Assembly: GCA_963767735.1 (NCBI GenBank)
Contig: CAVYES010000002.1
Location: 216,199-280,198, forward strand
From: Candidatus Bathyarchaeota archaeon
GTDB taxonomy: Archaea > Thermoproteota > Bathyarchaeia > Bathyarchaeales > Bathycorpusculaceae
DNA length: 64,000 bases
Direction: 5' to 3'
In this document: one piece after another, positions 59,819 through 64,000 of the stretch
Numbering within the stretch: position 1 is the stretch's first letter
How the letters are laid out: every line of letters starts with the position of its first letter
Notes under the pieces: generated by a model
Databases searched by the model: none
What the model was told of the DNA's origin: nothing
Seen by the model: the letters and a program-made list of their open reading frames with translations, nothing else
Program-made: the position numbers and the translations under genes

Positions 59819-61876
59819 CTAAAGTATCCCCCACAAGAATATTATTAGTAATATCACGAAACCGATGACCAGATACAGCAGGTAATAATTGATTTTTCCT
59901 GACTGAATTTTTCGGAAAGCGTTAGAAAGCTTCAGCGCCGCTTTTACTGTGGCATCGTTGTAGAATCTGTCTATTCCTCCTGTTTCGAAAAATTTGAACA
60001 TTCCCTGATATAGCTTACTTCCGCCGTTAACAAACACCCTGTAGTAGACAGCCTGAATGTACCAGCGGTCGTACAAGAAATTTTGAAGCGCCTTAAGTCT
60101 GCTGTTGACCGACACTTGTTGTGCCATGCGTAATTGATAGTTTGGTTTGCCGTATAGCAGATAAGCTAACCCGAGACCCAACGCCACCAATGCCAAGGAT
60201 AATCCAGTAGTTAACGGATCAAGGGTGACTTGGAGCGCCGCCGGGTTTCTAACCAAGCCAAGCACACTTCTTGTCAGTACCGAGTAGAAGTCGCCGCCGA
60301 TAAATACCCAGAACAAACCTAAAACTAAGGTAGCTGATGCCAAAATAAAGTAGGGTATCAGCATTGTCTTTGATGTTTTATGCAATTTTCCGTTCTCCAC
60401 TAACTTGGTAACGTTTTGAGATGGCTGAGTTTGGAAAGTTCTGAACACCATTCGAGCTGAATAGAAAGCCGTTATCGCTACAGTAGAGAATAGGAGGGCT
60501 ATTGGAATAAAAAGCCCAGTCTGGAAAACACTTCCCATAACACTGTCTTTAGTCCAGAACCCTAGGAGAGGCGGCAGACCAGCCAAACTAAGAGCCGAAA
60601 TTAACATTGCAATGAAAGTGTACTTCATGTACTTGGACAAACCGCCCATATCAGTTATGAATCTTGAGCCGACCGCATGAATAACCGCTCCGGCAGCCAG
60701 AAACAGAGCCGCTTTGAATATTGCATGGCTTAACAGTTGGTTAAAACATGCTATGAAACCGGCAGTAAAATTGGGAATAAGCCCAGCGGCACCAATGGCT
60801 GCGAACATAAATCCAAGCTGAGAAGCAGTTGAGAAAGCAAGAATTAGCTTGAGCTCTCTTGCGACGATTGCTTGTGTTGCCATAAAGAAGGCAGTGAAAG
60901 CGCCAATGTAAAGAGTTACCGTGAAGAATATCGTGACGTTTGAAGCTGAGGCAGGCATCACGGCAAGTAAAACTTGTAAAACTATAAAGAAGATGGGCAT
61001 GAATCGAAGCATAAAGAACACTCCTGCCTTCACCATGGTTGCCGCATGAATTAGCGCACTAACAGGACTTGGACCAGTCATAGCGGTTACAAGCCACTCA
61101 TGAAAAGGAAACTGAGCACTCTTGGCAAAAGCCCCTAAACTAAAGAACAGCAAAAACGGTAGTAGGATACCACGCAGAGCCATAGATGTGCCCCAAGCAG
61201 CGGCATTAGCGGACATAGCTGGAATGCTCAAGGAGTGAGTAAGAGCATAAATCAGGGCTATTCCAGCAATGAACCCTACGTCTCCAATACGGGTGAAGAT
61301 TAAGGCTCGGACACCACTTGTACTTGGTGAAAACTCCATTGAGGTGCCCAGTGCTTTTCGGTTCGGGTCACCTACCCAGTCTTTCTTTTCGTCAGTAAAC
61401 CAGTGTCCAATGAGGGCATAGGAAGCAAAACCAGTACCTTCCCAGCCGATAAATGTTAGCAAGAGGTTGCCTGACATCACGATAAGCATCATACAGCCTG
61501 TGAAGAAAGTGAAGAACAACCAGTACCTGCTTAACCCTGAATCACCTTCCATGTACTTGACGCTGTAAACGGAAATTAAGAAGCACAGCCAACTTACGAG
61601 GACAACCATGAAGGCAGCCAAAGTGTCAATGTACAATTGGAAGTTGACGCCTATGGAGGGAATCCAGGGAATAGTGAACTGGATAACACCACTGCTGCTC
61701 TGCAATACAAGTATAAGCAGAAGTGTTGAGAAAATGGCTGATACAAAAAGCGAACCAGTTGATATTAGATTCCTGAACTTATTTTTGTGTAATATTAATG
61801 ATAAGAAAAGCACGATGGCGGTTCCTACAAAAGGTGCTGCCCAAGCGACGTTAACTGCTATTTCGTTCAAGCTCAT
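59819..61876 (-). CDS. nuoL: Complex I-like subunit L
   Basis: GWEG.G..SY.LI, RIGD, KSAQFP.H.WL..AM.GP.PVSALIHAATMVKAG, HA.FKA.LF. Confidence 0.93.
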   Translation of the reverse strand: MSLNEIAVNVAWAAPFVGTAIVLFLSLILHKNKFRNLISTGSLFVSAIFSTLLLILVLQSSSGVIQFTIPWIPSIGVNFQLYIDTLAAFMVVLVSWLCFLISVYSVKYMEGDSGLSRYWLFFTFFTGCMMLIVMSGNLLLTFIGWEGTGFASYALIGHWFTDEKKDWVGDPNRKALGTSMEFSPSTSGVRALIFTRIGDVGFIAGIALIYALTHSLSIPAMSANAAAWGTSMALRGILLPFLLFFSLGAFAKSAQFPFHEWLVTAMTGPSPVSALIHAATMVKAGVFFMLRFMPIFFIVLQVLLAVMPASASNVTIFFTVTLYIGAFTAFFMATQAIVARELKLILAFSTASQLGFMFAAIGAAGLIPNFTAGFIACFNQLLSHAIFKAALFLAAGAVIHAVGSRFITDMGGLSKYMKYTFIAMLISALSLAGLPPLLGFWTKDSVMGSVFQTGLFIPIALLFSTVAITAFYSARMVFRTFQTQPSQNVTKLVENGKLHKTSKTMLIPYFILASATLVLGLFWVFIGGDFYSVLTRSVLGLVRNPAALQVTLDPLTTGLSLALVALGLGLAYLLYGKPNYQLRMAQQVSVNSRLKALQNFLYDRWYIQAVYYRVFVNGGSKLYQGMFKFFETGGIDRFYNDATVKAALKLSNAFRKIQSGKINYYLLYLVIGFVILLIIFLWGIL

Positions 61877-61877
61877 T

Positions 61878-63431
61878 TTATATTACTCCTGGAAGAGTGC
61901 TTGCGAACTTTATTAGAGGGTTAATGAAGATTCCCGGGAAGAAGAATAGCAAGACACCGACTACAGCAATTATTATGATGGGTATGTAAATGGACTTGTC
62001 AATTTCCAATCCGACGGCTTCTGGCTGATTCGGCGATGGTTGACCGAAAAAGATGCGTTTCATTGTGATGAAGGCATATCCAGTTGATAGCCCAATGGCA
62101 ATAATCAAGCCAATAACCAGAAGTATGAAGCTAACTGATCCGAGGGCTTGGGCTCTATCTACTGCGCCGAAGATTATCATGACTTCGCTCCAAAATCCAA
62201 GTGACGGCGGAATACCCGTTATCTGCATGAACCCAAGAAGCGCTAAACCAGCGGCTACGGGTACCTTTATTGCCAAACCGCCCATTTTGCTAATGCTTCG
62301 CAACCCGTTGAACTTGACAATGAGAACTCCAGCGACCGAGAATAAAACTGCCTTACCAACGGCATGAGTTACAAACTGCAGCATGGCTCCAGAAATGCCA
62401 ATTGTAGTCATACTGGCAACGCCTAACAGCAGGTAACCCATCTGGGAGATACTTGAGTATGCAAGCATTCTCTTAAAATCATCTTGAGCCAGAGACATGA
62501 GACCACCGTAAATCATAGTGATCAAAGCCAGAACCATGAGGTAAACCGAAGCATCTGAGAAAACGGTTGGAAACATGATATAAACAATCCTTACAAGTGC
62601 GTATCCTCCGATTCCTATGAGACAAGGTGACAACAAGGCTGAAACAGGTGTTGGAGCTTCAGCATGGGCATAAGGCAGCCAGATGTGAACTCCGAAGACC
62701 GCCATTTTGATGAACAGCCCAATCATTATAGCTAAAGCTGCAAAGATTAGAACGTCGCTTGGCAGCATTTCCCAAAGGGTCGTGTTAAACGTTAAGGTGT
62801 GCACGTTAAATATGTCAAAAGTTCCAGTATAGTAACCGAACGTTAAAGATCCAATTAGGAAGAGCAGAGCACCAACGTGGGTCCAAATGAGGTACATGAA
62901 GGCAATTCTTTCGCGTTTTCCATATCCATAGAACAGGATTAGCAGAAAACTTGGAACCAAAGTTAACTCCAAGAAAATGTAGAACTCAAGCAGGTTTGTT
63001 GATAGTGTTATGCCCAGCATTGCCGCCGAGAACATGACGAACAGCATGTAGTAGGTGCCCCATGCAGGCTGCTGGGAATCTTCCTTTTCCAATTCTTCAA
63101 AGCGGTGCTTCATGTAAGGTACTGAATAAAGTGAAACCATAGTGGTTACTAGCGCGATTGAAAAGGCGATGGGACCGCTTAGAGCGTCAAGTAACATTGA
63201 AAAGGAGCCAACGCGGGCGCTACTGAAGTAGATGGGATCAACGATGCCGACGCCTAATCCTGGAGCGAAAAGAGAAATGGTAACGACAACTAGCGGATAG
63301 GCAAGCAGAAGAGTGCTTATAGTTGCCAATGTTTTTGGCGCAACTTTTCGCCCAACTACGGGTAAGAAAAAAGCTGCTACAAGAGGAACAAGAACAGCCG
63401 AAAGCAGGATTGGTTGATTTAACTGAATCAT
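61878..63431 (-). CDS. nuoM: Complex I-like subunit M
   Basis: FY.F.E..L.P, K...F..H.WLP.AH.EAP, D.KR..AYSSISQMG, G.P...GF.SE. Confidence 0.93.
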   Translation of the reverse strand: MIQLNQPILLSAVLVPLVAAFFLPVVGRKVAPKTLATISTLLLAYPLVVVTISLFAPGLGVGIVDPIYFSSARVGSFSMLLDALSGPIAFSIALVTTMVSLYSVPYMKHRFEELEKEDSQQPAWGTYYMLFVMFSAAMLGITLSTNLLEFYIFLELTLVPSFLLILFYGYGKRERIAFMYLIWTHVGALLFLIGSLTFGYYTGTFDIFNVHTLTFNTTLWEMLPSDVLIFAALAIMIGLFIKMAVFGVHIWLPYAHAEAPTPVSALLSPCLIGIGGYALVRIVYIMFPTVFSDASVYLMVLALITMIYGGLMSLAQDDFKRMLAYSSISQMGYLLLGVASMTTIGISGAMLQFVTHAVGKAVLFSVAGVLIVKFNGLRSISKMGGLAIKVPVAAGLALLGFMQITGIPPSLGFWSEVMIIFGAVDRAQALGSVSFILLVIGLIIAIGLSTGYAFITMKRIFFGQPSPNQPEAVGLEIDKSIYIPIIIIAVVGVLLFFFPGIFINPLIKFASTLPGVI

Positions 63432-63432
63432 T

Positions 63433-63738
63433 TTAGCCTTTAGACTCCTCTAGTTCATAAACATCTGAACGCCTCTTCATACGGTACATTAGCATTGCAA
63501 TGGAAACCAGTATGCCTACGTCTGCAGCCGCGATTCCTGTGGCGATAACAGCGACAACTTCACCTGTAGCTGGCGAAGTGGATTGGGAAGCAAGGGCTAC
63601 GAGCGCTAAAATTGCGGCGTTGAAGTTGATTTCTGCAGCTAGCAACATACGTAACATCGTTCTCTTTGAGATAAGCCCGTACATCCCGATGGAGAATAGG
63701 ATTGCGGATAATGTTAAGAAAAGAACAATTATGTTCAT
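63433..63738 (-). CDS. nuoK: Complex I-like subunit K
   Basis: LF.IG.YG, L...EI..NA, IAAAD.G. Confidence 0.9.
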   Translation of the reverse strand: MNIIVLFLTLSAILFSIGMYGLISKRTMLRMLLAAEINFNAAILALVALASQSTSPATGEVVAVIATGIAAADVGILVSIAMLMYRMKRRSDVYELEESKG

Positions 63739-63995
63739 TGTTTAGTCTCCTCTTTACGAGCGATTGTTATAGCTTCAATTAAAGTTGTAATTAGAGTCAA
63801 AGAGGCAATTATTAGCGCGAAACCGTATTTTTGAGTCAACAGGCTAGCGAGATCCATGTAACTTGGAGATGAAATCGGAATTCCACCGCCGAGGTTTAAG
63901 CCGAAACCCAGTGCGAGCAAGGCTGCCACAAGTATTACGGATATTAATGCGACTATGCGGATAGGAGTTTCAACTTTGGGGGCTTCCTCAAACAT
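63735..63995 (-). CDS. nuoJ: Complex I-like subunit J, C-terminal part (split gene or truncated by the window edge)
   Basis: L..KY....I.SL.L.....AI.IARKE; position directly upstream of nuoK. Confidence 0.7.
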   Translation of the reverse strand: MFEEAPKVETPIRIVALISVILVAALLALGFGLNLGGGIPISSPSYMDLASLLTQKYGFALIIASLTLITTLIEAITIARKEETKQ

Positions 63996-64000
63996 TGTGA

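Overview
Archaeal chromosomal segment. The lineage is most likely Bathyarchaeia (inference from protein style, a multi-intron tRNA, frequent TTG/GTG starts and GGTG/GGAG Shine-Dalgarno-like sites). Left to right: (1) 0.9-3.7 kb, a cluster of predicted nucleic-acid-binding proteins (HhH-like, RNase H-like fused to a CxxC-x17-CxxC zinc ribbon, OB-fold, stand-alone CxxC-x17-CxxC). (2) 5.2-20.4 kb, a divergent tetrapyrrole/anaerobic cobalamin cluster: a domain-inverted CobQ/CobB-like amidase, sirC, hemB-L-C, cobA and hemD on the minus strand, and hemA, cbiX-cbiC fusion, cbiD-E-T-L-F-G-H on the plus strand. (3) A two-intron tRNA-Tyr whose 98-bp 3' part is duplicated around a RelE-type toxin-antitoxin pair. 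(4) Housekeeping genes (pfkA, GT4, trm1, proC, aspartokinase, ileS, tRNA-Ala), more TA modules and surface proteins. (5) 44.3-64 kb, an apparent menaquinone-linked respiratory region: MenA, a menA relic, polyprenyl synthase, MenK/MqnK-like radical SAM enzyme, DoxX/DoxD-like membrane protein, NfnAB, a Cys-rich HTH regulator, a membrane-fused PNPOx-fold pair and complex I-like nuoJ-K-M-L-N. Many genes carry 1-2 nt indels that probably reflect assembly errors, so every recoding or start-codon observation below needs read-level confirmation. No CRISPR array, rRNA, transposase or integrase was seen. All calls come from motif reading only; no database search was run.
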